From Lingula anatina (Eukaryota; Animalia; Brachiopoda), in contig CM120641.1 of assembly GCA_051362555.1 (NCBI GenBank), positions 28,650,401 to 28,714,400 on the forward strand: a stretch of 64,000 nucleotides of DNA, read 5' to 3'. Shown one piece after another: positions 1 to 29,292 of this stretch. The stretch's first letter is position 1, and each line of letters opens with the position of its first letter. A program made the translations under genes and the position numbers. The notes beneath the pieces are model-generated. The model made no database searches and was not told where the DNA came from. It worked only from the letters and a program-made list of their open reading frames with translations.

Positions 1-40
1 TTGTCCTTTCAGTGATTTCAATCTACATACTTTACTGTAA

Positions 41-4291
<4,251 letters not shown>

Positions 4292-5810
4292 TGGTGATTT
4301 TAAAAAAAAGGTGCTTTCAACTTGTAGAAGTACAAGGATTTGTTGCCAGTGGTTTAAGGTAGAGTGTAGAGAGCACTGCTGTTTATTCATTACAAAGACA
4401 AAAGGCATCTTAATGTTATTATTTATGATGAATCATCTTTCACATGTGGTGAGACAAAACTAAAAGAATTATTTATCTGGAGTAATAACAACTGTTATTA
4501 CAATCACATTTTCAGGTCATGTTTATTACCCTTGTGTATACAATAAGTCAGCATGAAACAACTTATCCCAAGTGAAATAAGATGAAATTGCTTGGATAAT
4601 TTCATCAGAACATTTGTTTGCCTTTTGTGATAATTGGCAAAATGCTTTAAAAGTAATCTTAAACTACATACTCATGCAGTACTAGGCAGCAGTTGATATT
4701 CTTGTTCTGCAAGAAGGATTTAATCTGTTTGTTCATGGAAGGTGGGGAGCATCTATTGTGCCATTGCTATTGATAATTATGATATTATGTTACAAGAAAA
4801 TATATATACACTAGTATTGCTTCAGTTAAGTGTTTTATTTATGGGACCAATAGAAAAATGCTGAACCGGTTTCTCTGCATATCTTATAATATTGGCTAAG
4901 GTCATCAGGGTTGTGAATCAGGTTACAACAGAAATGCCAGTTTTTTTTCACACTGTGAGATAAAAAACGAGGTAATTTTACAGTATTGTATTAGAGAGAT
5001 CATCTGCTGGGTCAAAACACTACTGGGTTTCTGATTTGGTGATACTGTTATGAAGCAAGGGAAAAATTAGTTTGAATATGTGGCCTATTTAACTGATATT
5101 ATATGTGAGTAAACGGGTTAAATATACTATTTAAATTCTTGAATATTCAATGATAAATGGATTTGAGAATGGATGAGAAAATAATTGTGTCAGCTCATAA
5201 CTCATGCTTGTGTGTCAAGTTGGAAAGGTAATCACAATCAAACAATAGATATTAAAATATTCTTCACTATTTGTGTTTTAATGTTATTGTGATTTGATAA
5301 GAATGAAGTCATCCACAAATGTTACATGTGATATTAAATCTGCATTTTTGATTTATTTGTAGATTCATTCCGGACTTTTCATGTATTATATTATTGAGAT
5401 GAAATGTCTGATTTTTTATTTATTTATTTAGTTTTTGTTTTGTGTATTTGTGCCTGATCCAGTTTGATCATTTTACTGTGATCATTTATTAATGAGAATA
5501 AAATCTCTATCAGAAAGGCATCAGACGTTCTTATTCTCAGTTTTCATGTGTAAAGAAACCTTTAAAAAACATGCATACAAAAAGACAAATACTATTTATT
5601 TCTGTACATTATATATATATATATATGAGTGAGCTTTACAATATTGTTCTTACATATCAGGAATGCAAACTCTCCTCTTTGACATTATTTAATGTAAAAA
5701 ATGAGTTGGATGATCCAAATTAATTCTTTTCATATGCTTGTAAAATTCATAAAAAAGTCCATACAAAATCCACTGTCAATTTGGCTCCATCTTCAGTGAT
5801 GCATGGTTGT

Positions 5811-8800
5811 TTAGTCCACTTGAGGATTATGCTGGAAAAGGTACTCCGCCTAGAGAAAAAAAGTTAACATGTTCACATATTTGATAAAATGTGGAAAGTT
5901 GAATGTAATGTTATATATTAACTAATGAACAGATCAAGTAAATTGAAACTCTTTAAAAATAATTTTCAATTGATCATTTAAATTACTATGCTGGTTTTGC
6001 TATCAATCAAAATTTTACATCATCATCATCATCACCATCATATAAATTACTGGTATTTTTTCTGATTTTTTTTTAAACTTTTGATTAAAATTTGTCAATA
6101 TTAACTAATTTTTAACCCAAAAATATATGACTGACAATTAATTCTAATCACTCATTAAAGTCACAGATTGTAATTTAGCTAAAGGTTTGATTTGCAAGGT
6201 GTTTTAACCAAACAATCTCCCTTTTCCTGTAGACTTACCATGTAATCTATAGCGTCATCTGGCCTGACTTTGACACAGTCAATAAGAGCTTGTGTGAGTG
6301 TGGGCATCACATGCTTCATCAAATAGTTCCTCAGGGGTTGAGATTGAGTCTCCAGCATGTCATATTCCTCTCTTTTCACCTGATCTAATCTTTCAGCCTG
6401 CGTATTATAAAGTGATAAATATGAAATTAACGACAAAAGCTGTGTGAATATATATAGATATATTAACTTTAAAACAATGAATTTCCAAATTTTTAATTTA
6501 AAAGCCTTGCAACTGCTCATTTCTTTGGTCCTGTTGAAAAAAGGGCAATAAAACATTTTATTACTATGCAAGTTAACATATGGTAGTGTCTGTTGTGACA
6601 TTTTCCTCACCCATTCATCCTGTCGTCTTTTCCTCTCTGCGGCTTCCTCAGCTTCTTTCCTCTCTTTCTCGGCTTTTTCCTCAGCTTCTCGTTTTATATG
6701 AGCCTCCTCTTCTTTCTGTCTCATTTCAGCAAGCTCTTCTGCAGTGGGGCCTAAAAAATCAGATTCACAAGGTATTTATATGCGACTTATATGCAGGAAT
6801 GTTTTTACAGTGCAGTCTTAACATAACTGGCTGCACCGTGTTTTTCCAACAGGCACATTTTGGTCTTGCTTGCACTTTTGTGGTATATTTGCACAGATTT
6901 TCAGATGGAAGTTTTCATTTATTTTCTTACAAAAGCAGTAAAATACAGCCACTGTAACTTGCAATACTTGTAAAAAAAAGGTAATAAAATGTGAGTGCAT
7001 TTTTGATACTGATCAAGAAAAATGTCAGTAATGTTACTGAGATTTGGCTGACCAATACATAACAGACAGACTAAGGTAGCAAAATCGGTAAAAACCTTAC
7101 CATAGTTTCTTGGAGGCCCCATCATTTTCTTCACTTTTTCTACTGTATCTGCCATCATTTTAGAGCTATCTTTTGTCACATCTGAAAGAAAGACATGCAC
7201 AATTATTACATCTCATTACACTGATACTATATTTTGACATATTTGTATCAGCACTGGCATTGCAATATAAATAATGAAAAAGAAAAAGATTATTCATCTG
7301 AAAAAAATAACAGCAACAGATTTATTAAATGTATAAAAATATTTATTCTGTTGAATCTCTGGTAAAAGCAAACAACTCAACAATCCATCTTACCAATTTT
7401 ATCAGGGTGAATCTCCAACTCATCAAAATAATTCAGCACTGTTTCATCTTCACCATTGATTGCTCTGTATTCAGTCAGCCTTCTCATCAAGCCCTCTTCA
7501 GTGTTGTGCGTGCCTGCGACCACGCTCTCTGGCAAGTTCATCACACGAGCACGTAAAAATTCATCTGTGGCATCTAAGCACACAACCACCTCTGGCATGA
7601 TTGCCTTGTCAAAGCTCCCCTTGCTCTCTTCTTCTGCCTCCTCTTCATCTTCAGCTGAACGACAATGAAAACATAATAAAATGTCAGTATTACAATATCA
7701 TAATATCTGTAATATTATATATAATTTTGATACCTTTTTGATAAGTGACTTGCAGCTTGTGTTCTTAGGGAAAGTTTCAAATAGAAACTAGAAAAACAAA
7801 TTACACCTTAAGAAGCAAAATATAGTATGATTTTTCAATTTTTATGGCAGCTCCATAACATTTAATGTCAAAAGTGTACATTATGGTTAGCAGAAAACTG
7901 TTACAGTAATGACAATAATTTTTCATAAAAATTTTCAACCATGATTTTTAACAGACAAAGAAAGTTTAGACGATGCCAATTAACAGTAGACCTGCATCAG
8001 TAGTCTTCATGTGAAATATTACCTGCAAAAAGCTCTGTTGCTTGTTCTCTGGTTTTAGGAAATCCGTCCAAGATGAACCCTTGGTTCTGACAGGGCATGG
8101 AATGCAATTTTTGTTTGAAAAACTTAATGACATACTGGTCTTCGATTCTGCCATTGTTCTGTTCTTTGCCTTCGTTTATGGCATCCAACAGTTCTTGATC
8201 CTCCTGTGCCTTCCCATCATCCTCTTCTTCACCTTCAGGCTCCTGGTTTGCACGGGCAGCACTTTTTGTCTGAAAAAATATGAAAACACATGCAGTACAC
8301 TTTATAGTTGATTTTGGAATCTCTAGCTACAGTGGGATGCCATCATATCTTAAACAACTGTATAGTGCCAAAATTCCCTTCTGTTGCTAACTTTTCAATC
8401 TAAATCAATAAAATGTGAAAAATCACCATAGAACCATTTCATTTTGAATTTCTGATTCACGAGTAATGAATACAGTCACTTGCACTTTCTAATTTAAAGC
8501 TAAATGTGACGTCAATTTCTTGTAAATGCATTCATACCAATGCATCCATTGCCTCCTCAATCACATCTTTGATTTTTATGTGATGCAATTTGTAGCTGTC
8601 ACACAGTTCTTTCACGATTGTTGTCTTTCCAGAAGCTGGGGGCCCCAGGACGCATGCTCTCATAGGCTGAAGTTAAAAGATTAGAAATGATTAAATAAAA
8701 TTGAAAATACTCAGCATAGGTATAATACAGTAATTTCACAATTTTTGCAATCTCTTGCAATTCCTGTAGATGAAAATTATTTTTTTCTTTAATGATTGCA

Positions 8801-11800
8801 TATGTTATAAATACATTTTTTAATTTTCTTACCATTAATCCTCTACTCTCCTTGTACTCCTTGATTACTGGGATGACATTTTCCATCAAACCAGTCTCTG
8901 CTACCCAGCGAATTCTCATGTTCTCTTTCACGTAAACAGCATCCATGCGAAGGTTCACCAATAGCATGTCAAAGTCTGCTTGCTGCAAAATAAATTCAAA
9001 AACTTTTTTAATGATGAAAACATTCAGAAGTCAATGATCTCTGTATTCATATCTTCTTTATCCAGGGTTGTATGAGATTCATTACTTATTTAAATTTTAA
9101 TTTTAAAATTTTTAAGTTTAAAAAAAAACTCAATATACAAGTTGACGGATATCTGGTTAGTTAATGCTGCTTTTATTCATTGACAATGTAATCAAAATGA
9201 GATTTTGAATGATTACACTGATAAGAATACTACAGCAAGTCCCATTTCTTTGAAGTGATATTTAATTTATCTAAAAAAATTATATCAATATAAATTACTG
9301 AAAAATACAATCTGAGATGAAATTATATATATCAAATTACCTCAATATCTTTGCTGAGAAGAGCCTCTTCTTTACTAATGTGCTTGATTTTTCCAGTTCC
9401 CAAGTTAATGCTGACAGCCTGAAACAAAGAGTTGCATGCATTTTTAAACAAGATTATAATTTCTAAAACAAAAAATCACAGTTAATATGATTATTTTTTT
9501 TATCATATATTTAGCATGATTTCACATTTCATCTTTCAAAAAATACCACAAATGATACACATAATTATAACCAAAATTAGCCATTATTGAAAATTTTATA
9601 AACATTATTTGCAGATTCTTTGATGTAATATATCTTTTTTAAACTAACTGGTGGGTCATCAGAGATCACAGATCTATGAAAAAGAATAATACCTACTTTA
9701 ACAATTTCTTCCAGTGTGGTTTGAGAATCATCCACAGCAACAATATATCGCACTTTCGGGCGACTGTCAACAACATTCTGGATAACACTGCAAAGAAATT
9801 GAGTTGAGCACATTAATAAAATTTTATGCTATTATTTTTCAAAAAGAATAAATACGTTGATTCCAAAAGCTTGTATAATATGGTTTTTTGTAAAAAAAGA
9901 AATCATGATATCAAATTTTTGTAAAGCAATGCAATCTTTCTGGATAAGATTAGCATTCACTACTGAAATTTCTACGGATAACTAGATAATTTGATAATTT
10001 TGACACACTTTTTATGATAATAATTCATTAAAAATTACAACCAAGAGCTTCAAGTTTTACATCTACTGCGTTGAAAGACAATGAGTACAAGTATGAGAAT
10101 CAATTAAAATCATTACATTATATTATATGAAAATTATAACTGTGGTTAAAACACTCAAATCTAAAAGTATAGGATAAACACTTTTGCAGCTATTTCCAAG
10201 TACTGACCCAGCCAGATCTTTGATGTGTATAGTAGGCACGACATTTCCTCCTGGTCCAAAGCACTGGAGTTGTGATGCATTATGCCAGGCAGCCTTATGA
10301 GGAGAAAAAAATCCTTCTCAGTTTTCAACAAGACATTAATTGTTATTCAAAATAACATATATGATATTAAGGTTTTCACAATTAGAATTATGTGCAGTGA
10401 TGACTCTAAGTTGCTTTGATTACATGTTTTCTTTATGAGTGTATTATGCCAGGCAGCCTTATGAGGAGAAAAATCTTTCTCAATTTTCAACAAGACAAAT
10501 TAATTGTTATTCAAAATAACATATATGATATTAAGGTTTCGGCAATTAAAATTATGTGCAGTGATGACTCTAAGTTGCTTTAATTACATGTTTTCTTTAT
10601 GAAACAAAAAGTTAAAAAAAAAAAAAAAACAATACAAAGCTTGTGCCAGAATTGTTGATATTATTAAAGGCAAAATAGTAAGTACATAAGAAGATAATAG
10701 AGTTGTAGAACAGAGCAGTAAGAAAGACAAAAATAGACTAGTAATAGTAACAGTGAGAGAAAAAGATGAAGCCTCAACAAATAATATCTGAAAAAAACAG
10801 TCTACATTTTACTAATTTTAAGAGATATATGTGAAAGAATAGCATATCGTACCATTAAAAAATCCTCAAGCAAGAATACTTTTACCCACCTTGAATAGAT
10901 AATGGAAAATATTTTCTCCTCCTCCATATGTCAGACCAGAAGCAACAACATATGTCACAAGTTTTTGTTTGTTCTGAAACAAAAGTTTTAACATTTAATA
11001 ATGTTTTAATTTGAAAAGAAGGCAAAAATTATCACGTCATTATACCTTATCTGTTTTTTCATCTACTGAAGTCCTTTCAAAAGCCAGTCTTTATTACATA
11101 TATTTTCTTATATCATAATTTAACAATCTATTTATAGCATTACACTTATTTCCAGAAAATATTTTCATGACTGATTTATAAGGATGATTTGTATTCACCT
11201 GTCCTGACTTCAAATATGTGGTAGGTAAATCCCAGTCCATCTGATTTAACTTTATTTCATATTTTGGGAATGCCATATGTGGCTACCATTAGGTTTTATC
11301 TGGTGAAATTAAAAAATTAGTTAAAACTGAAATATGAAATTGATCCTTACTGTTTTGCCAAGTTTGATGACAGTTTTCTCAGCACTAATGTGCTCTTTAA
11401 AGTTGGGGTGTGGTTTTCTCCGCCTGTAGTCATCTTCTGTGAAAGGTATCTCTGGATCATCCTGAAAGTAGGAAAAAAAATTGAAAGTTTATATGCAGCA
11501 AAGCAGTCCTTGTATTGCAACTAAAATTCATTTGTGAACATCCCTTATATTCATACTGATTTTTGTTTAAGAAAAGACCATATCTGAACTCAGCTCAGAC
11601 TTCTAATTCAATAATATCTAAAATATATGTATGCTTAAACTAGCACTACTTACAGGGTCCAGAGGTTTGCTTCTTGCCCATGTCATCACAGTTGATATCA
11701 GCAAAAACAGTATTTGTTTATCTATCTTTTCTAGGTCAGAATGTATTTCTGAAAAATGAAAATATAATTTGATATCTAAATATTTAGAATAATTTGGAAA

Positions 11801-13931
11801 ATTGATGGGTAAATACAAGATCTTTTACCATCTATTTCACACTGATAAAAGAACCTTTTACTTAAAAATATATTTTTAATCAATTATGTAGCCATAATTG
11901 TGACTGCTCAAGTCAGTTCAAAACAGTAACATAAGATAGCAAGGCTCTTACCAGACACAGCCCATGTAGCCTCATCAATCTGATCTGGGTCTTCTGTGAT
12001 GTCATAAACAATGATGTCACATTCAACTAAATGTTCATACAGCTGCTCCTTAGTTTCATACTACAATAAAAAAGTAAAAAGGCAAAATATAACATTTTTT
12101 AACCGTCATCAAATACTACAATTAACTATGCCAAATAATGCACACTTTTATCTTAATAAACAAAATGCTGAATTTTAATTTAAAATACATATACAAGCAA
12201 AAAGGCATTGTACAGATAGCTGTTTTTCATCCCTAAAACTGCTGGTACTTACGTAAATAATTTCTTTCACAAAATCTGGCTTTTTAGCTTCCTTGTTCTT
12301 GAGTGTTCCTATGATTTCATAACAGCCCTCCTTGGGTCTTGCCAGAGTAGCACTGTCCACTGACCTGGCATCTTCTTCCTCCTCTTCCATTTCCTCCAAA
12401 GATGCTCCCACCACACAACTACTGAGGAACTAAAATTAAAAAAAAAATCATGCCCTGCATTATACTGTGGCCCTCCTTTTAGGTAATTTTTGCCTAGAAA
12501 GAGCTTCACATCTAAATTTTTCGTAAATTCCTGCTGTGTGGATGAAGAATCAATTTTTTAAGCAGCTATCAATGCAATTGGGTTAATATACTAAATAAAA
12601 AACAACAATACAATAATTATAATATCCATAAATTTTTCAAGGTTTTTTTAGTAAGGAAAAAAAACTACATAATTGTAATCTTAAATACAAGCTTTAAATT
12701 GTTTGTATTCCTTTCTACATAAAAAAGAGTTCAAAAGAACTAATTCAGAAACACTTCATTATCAACGGCAGGTGAGACTGCTAACTAAGATTTAAAAGTC
12801 TACCTCCTAACTGAATATTATATATAGCAATAATTAACAGAATTAAACAAATGCCCTTTATTCTTCTTTAATGAAGGAAAATAGTATAACATATACAAAT
12901 ACCCAAAAGGCCTTATGCTCTACACTGAATCAATTGCCAGCTTATCAATTTTATAGACAGACAAATTATTCAACAAAATGTTTTAAAATAGTTGAGTGCA
13001 ACAGAAATATAAAAACACCATATACAATAGCTATATGCTTGTGACACACAACCTGACAATTTATAATATTTACCTAGTAATTTATTTTGCTTTAAAATCA
13101 CCTTATTTTCATGTGAATTACCATTGCCCGTGTTTAAATGCATCCTGACAGTGAGTTGTTTTCTCTAGTGAACTGCTCTGTATTACATGCATTTTAGTAT
13201 GACCAATTTTTAAAAATATAAAAAATGATTTGTCCTTTGAAGTTTTCTGAACAACCACAAATAATTTTATAATATTAATTCAATGGGATATGTGATGTGC
13301 CTGAAACCAGTTATAATTTCATTTAGAATGGCATCTAGAACAGACTGCTGATCCAATATTTTGCCATTGGTCAATTTCATATATTCCTCCATCAACAAGA
13401 TAATTGGGCAAGATATTTAACAAGGAATTTGTTAAGGTTGTGGGAGTAGTTTAAGCATTATTTAATCAATTTTTCTAGGCTAGTTTGAATTTTATGTGTG
13501 CAGTAATAATGGTATTTTTGTTTTAGAAGCTGTTGACTCTGAATCTGTGAGTAAATTTGATTAAATTCGTGTAAAAATACATTATCGATTTTTGCAATAT
13601 GCAATATTTTGTGGTATTATACCAGTGATTTAAAGTTGCTTTAAATCCATCAAACGATCAAGGTGACAACCAAGCGTGTGTGCTTTTACTAGTAAATAGT
13701 AGAGGTAGTACATTCCTACAGTCTGCCCATTCAGTGTGTTACCCAGTACACGCCACTGACTAATCGTCTTCATTATAACCGTACACATAAATGTAATAGC
13801 AAATTGTTTATAAATAAATGACTATAAACTACTCATATAACAATTACCTTGGCAATGTTGCGCCCCTCATAACAATCTACATGATTAATAAATAGACGTT
13901 TGCTTTTCGGTTTCTCTCCGTCGTCCGCCAT
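5811..13931 (-). CDS. AK7: Adenylate kinase 7 (ciliary), complete multi-exon CDS
   Basis: Starts [28 protein letters not shown] (ATG 13931). Contains [50 protein letters not shown]-loop [18 protein letters not shown] and a C-terminal Dpy-30 motif [45 protein letters not shown] (stop 5811-5813). Confidence 0.95.
10279..10602. repeat. Tandem duplication (~160 bp x2) spanning an AK7 splice acceptor
   Basis: 10279-10438 and 10443-10602 are near-identical (ATTATGCCAGGCAGCCTTATGAGGAGAAAAA...TTACATGTTTTCTTTATGA). Confidence 0.92.
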
Positions 13932-14365
13932 TGTTGTTGCTGTGGTGGTCGTCAGGGAAATTAACGATAGAATGCAGCACTAAACTAAACTAACCTTTCT
14001 CCGCTGGTTCTTTTTTTTAATAGAATTACATCTTACAAAGTATTTCAATATACATTTTGGTTAATTTTTATAATTTGACTTTCATGCAACTTTTTTTTCT
14101 CTTTTGTTGAAGCTGTGTAAATTTTCGTTGTAGTGCTATTAATTAGAGAGTAACTCTGGATCGAGAGTGTCCTCGTGATGCCACATAGGCATGACGTCAT
14201 TTTTTCAATGCACAAGTACCCCCTCTACGGAAACATTGGTCATTCTAAGGAGGAAGCCATATTGGAAAACAGAGGGCAGTGTTGGTCCATCAAAACGCCC
14301 CATAACAGCTGAAACTCTTTATTGTGTACTATAACAGGACTATTTAAAGTGGCTTTTAGACTGCC
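13932..14365. promoter_or_regulatory. Head-to-head AK7/Rab1 promoter region with a palindromic CRE site
   Basis: Divergent start codons at 13931 (-) and 14366 (+); TGACGTCA at 14192-14199. Confidence 0.6.
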
Positions 14366-25179
<10,814 letters not shown>

Positions 25180-26491
25180 AACTAGCTGATTAACCCTGGG
25201 GGGAGGGGAAGTAAATAGTGATAAATGGTGGAGATGTTAAATAAGTTATTTCAGCAAATGGAATACTGGAATAAACACAGGCCCCAGTCAGATATATTTT
25301 ATTTAGCTGAAATCACCTACTCTGGCCATTGCTCTTATAACCAAGATTAAGGTGACGTTATTTTCTCATCTTTCTGCATCATGGACTGTATATTTGAAGT
25401 GACTGGTTTTGGTGCAGAAATTTAAAGGGATGATCAGCAAACTTTTTTTCCTTTTTAAATTTTTTTTCTTTTAGTAGGCTGATTGAGAAAGTTGAAGTAA
25501 CTGCGTAATTAAAGACAAGGTCAGATTGTTATGAGATGATACTAGAAAATGCCAAACGTCAATATAATATTTATCTCGCACTGTGAGGTGGTAATTGATG
25601 GAGTGTCGAAGCAAGTTTGGAAAACCATATCAGTGCACAAGTTGTTCCTGGTATGTTGTAGGCTAATGACAAAACTTTTGTACAGAAGTTAGAAATGTAA
25701 TTATTATTATTATTAATATAACATTAACTATCCGATATGTGGGCTTAGTCAAAGTATAGATAATTCCTTTTGGGGGTAATGTTCTGTGTCCTTTGTGTTT
25801 GGATGTAGCTGTCAATGTTTGATATGGGGACTTGCTTTGTAGTGTTAACTTTCATTCATTCTTTCATAGAGTTAATTACAGCATATCCATTGCATTCTAC
25901 ACCGCCAAGCAAAGCCCCATGTTAAGGAACAAGATCGGACTTATATAAAAGTTTTCAGCTTTTGTATGTATGTATAGGTGAATAAGCTGTGCACAATGTA
26001 CACTTTACATAAATTGTATCCTCTGTTAATAAAAGTAAATAAGGATATTAAATATGATTATATGTACCAATATATACTGTGACCTGTTTTGTGAGTTGCT
26101 CTTTTACCATAGCTTAAATATGTTTTCGGTGGTGACCATTATAACCGATTAAATTCAGCGAACATGGTGTAAGTCCTTGGAATGCATCCAGTACAAATAA
26201 ATTTGATGAAAATTAACCCCCTACTACCATACGATGGGCAAAATTTGTAGTATCAGTAATAAAGGTAATTTTGGCGATAATATACCGCTGTGTTATAGCA
26301 TATTGAGGATTGTTCTCATTACCATCCTCAAAAATGGTACAATTTGTGGGCTGAAAACGCCAAATGGCTAAATGACGGGATGAAAATCGGTTTTAAATGG
26401 TATATGGAAATGCTATTATGGTTTGTACGAATGGTTGGATCGTGTTGGGGGAGGGATAGGGGTGCTCACAGTTCTCTCTAGCATTACATCT

Positions 26492-26755
26492 CAACGGCGG
26501 ATTTAGAGGGGGGGCTGACCCCCCCCCCCCTTCGATTTCTGAAAAAAAATCACACCTATGGTCCCCGCTTAAAATTATAATTTTGACTAGAAGAATCAGT
26601 TCTAAACCGTACCAAATGGCACTGTTCGCCCTCTAAAATACCAATTCTTTTCGGGGCCCTTAGGCGGCCCCCAAACCCCACGCCAAGGGGGGGGGGGGGG
26701 GGGGTCGGCTTCGCATCCCCGGACCCCCCTTCAGATAATCCTGGATCCGCCCCTG
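26492..26755. mobile_element. GC-rich degenerate non-autonomous DNA element (hAT-like ends)
   Basis: Left end CAACGGCGGATTTAGAGGGG and right end CCTGGATCCGCCCCTG are imperfect inverted termini with G/C homopolymers; no TSD found. Confidence 0.45.
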
Positions 26756-27744
26756 AGAAGGCAACAGTGTTGTGAACCCTTTCCACACGTGAAAAACCTG
26801 GGTGTCTACTTTGACTCCACACTCTTCATGGATAGACATCAAATATTATTCAATAATGTACATTGTACTACACATTTTAATATCTCAATATTTTAACTAT
26901 TTATTTATTGATTTATTCATCTTATTCTGTTCATTTTACCCCTCTAAAGTCTACTGAAAATTTTATATGGATTTCAAACTATAAATAATTTAAATTATTA
27001 TTATTAGAAAAGGTGTGAGAATCTGCGTGAGGTGGGACTTAGTGCGAAAAACGCATTAAGTTTCCTATGGGCCATGGTAACTTTATCTAACCGGTCTTTA
27101 ATGTTTATTTAAAAAAAAAACTTTCCATAAAAAGAAATCGATTCTGAAAAACAGATAGAGTCAACAAAATATTAACATGTGAAGTCATTTAAAAGGCATT
27201 TACTATTTAGTACATTTAGAAGGCATTCATCGATTGTCAAAGACATTTATGTAAATTGTTTTAAGGAGTCAGTTCAGGTTGTTGGCGATGCAGTTCCAAA
27301 TAGTGCTTATTGTTTTCACTTACGTTCATAAAAAGCCCAATATAACTACTCTGCATCTCTACCATCTAAAAAGCGACCCATATTTAGAAGAATTAGAAAT
27401 TTCTATAAGGGGAGAATGAGTTTCAGGACAAGATACCATTCTAAACGGAGATGATTATGACATCGGCGATGGCACAGTGGTAAGGACATCGGGTTCTCAA
27501 GCCAACAGTATCGGGTTTAATACCCACATTGGACATATATTTATTAACGTGTGTTTTAAATATTTTAATTTCAAAATAAAGACTACAGGTAAATACGCCA
27601 AGAAATGCAGGTGTCTTTGTGTCCTCGTCGGTGGCGCAATGGGTAGCGCACCTGGTTACAGAGTTACGAAACCTTCTTCGACGCCGACAGACATGAAGAC
27701 GCCTGAGTTGGTTACGTGTAGGCCAGGCTAGGTGTAGGTCAGAT

Positions 27745-27773
27745 CAGGGAATTATATCGGATATAATTCCCTG
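27745..27773. mobile_element. 29-bp palindromic mini-insertion with 7-bp TSD
   Basis: CAGGGAATTATATC-G-GATATAATTCCCTG flanked by GTCAGAT at 27738-27744 and 27774-27780. Confidence 0.75.
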
Positions 27774-28054
27774 GTCAGATCAGGCTTAGGATGTAGGTCA
27801 TCTTAAGGATAGCTTAGGAGTTAGGAGTGAGCTAGGAGTAGGGATAAAACTTAGAAAACCAAATAGGCGTTGAGATATGAGGTAGAAAATCCAATTGCAC
27901 TGACAAAAAATAAACAAAGTTTTGCTATAAAAAAGTGACCTTTTCTCACATATCCAGTTTGGTGTTTGGATTAATTTAATGTTAACTAGCAGGATAGAGA
28001 CAAGTGTTGTGCAGTATGTGACCTCTTCTGACTTTGGGCTTTCTCCGATGATTT

Positions 28055-28116
28055 TCATTAATACGAAAAGGAGTCTACATTTATCAATAAATGTAGACTC
28101 CTTTTCGTATTAATGA
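28055..28116. repeat. Perfect 30-bp-arm palindrome with 2-nt loop
   Basis: TCATTAATACGAAAAGGAGTCTACATTTAT-CA-ATAAATGTAGACTCCTTTTCGTATTAATGA, followed by a repeat of GAGTCTACATTTATCAATAAA. Confidence 0.92.
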
Positions 28117-29292
28117 GTCTACATTTATCAATAAACGCAATGAACAGGTATAAAATAATGAATGAATAAATAGATAGATTCATATAAAGACAAATGTTTA
28201 AAAGAAAAGAAAAGAAAGAAAGAAAGAATAAAAAGGTCGTTGATGTGAAAAAGGATGTGTGAGAAGCAGGGTTAATTTAGAAAAGGGAGTAGAAATAAAA
28301 GTTAGAAAATGAAACAAGCAAAATAGTGATTTCTTAAAAAAATGTTTTCTGAGATTTCCAAGGTCATATCAGGCAAAGGTGTAGGTCAGCCTAGGAGTAG
28401 CTTAGGAGACCGGTGCAACTTGGCCCCCCTGACGTCAACTGCGTTTTTGTCAAATTGTGAGCCATCTGGCATAATATATCTGAAAAATATTGACGTTGCA
28501 TACGTAGCTTAGTTCATGGGGCTTACTTTGAAATCGGTTTTGTTATTCCAACTCATTCCTAGTTGGCTCTACAAGGCCAAGTGTCTAACTGCGCCAACTA
28601 GCCCCGGTCTCCCCTATTAGATAAAGAAGCTGAGTGGCCCATTGCTGAATGAGAAGTAAACGGAACTTTTTTTCAATTTGTCATAAATTGGTTTAGACAA
28701 TCATATGGCTTTATCTAAATTCCTATGAAATCTGATTTTATAATTTGAAAATTTTGTCTGTTATCATTCATATTTTCCAAACCAAACCTGTATATACACT
28801 GACCTGGGCATCATCGGTCTCCAAGACATCTAAGACTGTTATTGGTCTTGGTTATTTTCAGATACTTGTACTGTTTACTTGACACCTATATGTGACTTGT
28901 CAAACCATGATGATTCAAGGCGGAAATCAATAGTCAGAATAACGAAAATAAGTTGGATTATGCAAGGTAAAGGCTTAATTTTTTAAGCCTGATACTGTCC
29001 ACACATTTCGAAATTTATTTCATGAAAGTAATACGATAAAAATCGAAGGATAACAGAAAAAAATAATTAGAGAGTGGGACTTCAAATAGTCACGTCCGCT
29101 TTAGGTCATCTGTGTCTGCGGAAAAAGAAAAAAAATCATAAGGGGAGCATTAAGTAGTTGCATGTTTCAATTTGTTTTGTAACTAAAGAATGAAAAGCAA
29201 ATAAGGCAGTTAAGGCAAATTAACAGACATTGTAAAAAATGATTCAACGCTAAATAAAAAAAACGTACTTTTAGGCTCAGGTCTCAGCATTG

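Noticed and set aside
5400-5810. Overlap of convergent pecanex and AK7 3' UTRs
   Set aside because: Candidate poly(A) signals (5497 on +, 5595 on -) allow non-overlapping ends; cannot be decided without transcripts.
13935-13965. RFX X-box upstream of ciliary AK7
   Set aside because: GTCGTCAGGGAAAT is only a partial match to the consensus.
27460-27535. Functional tRNA gene
   Set aside because: Acceptor stem does not pair and the T-loop is degenerate.
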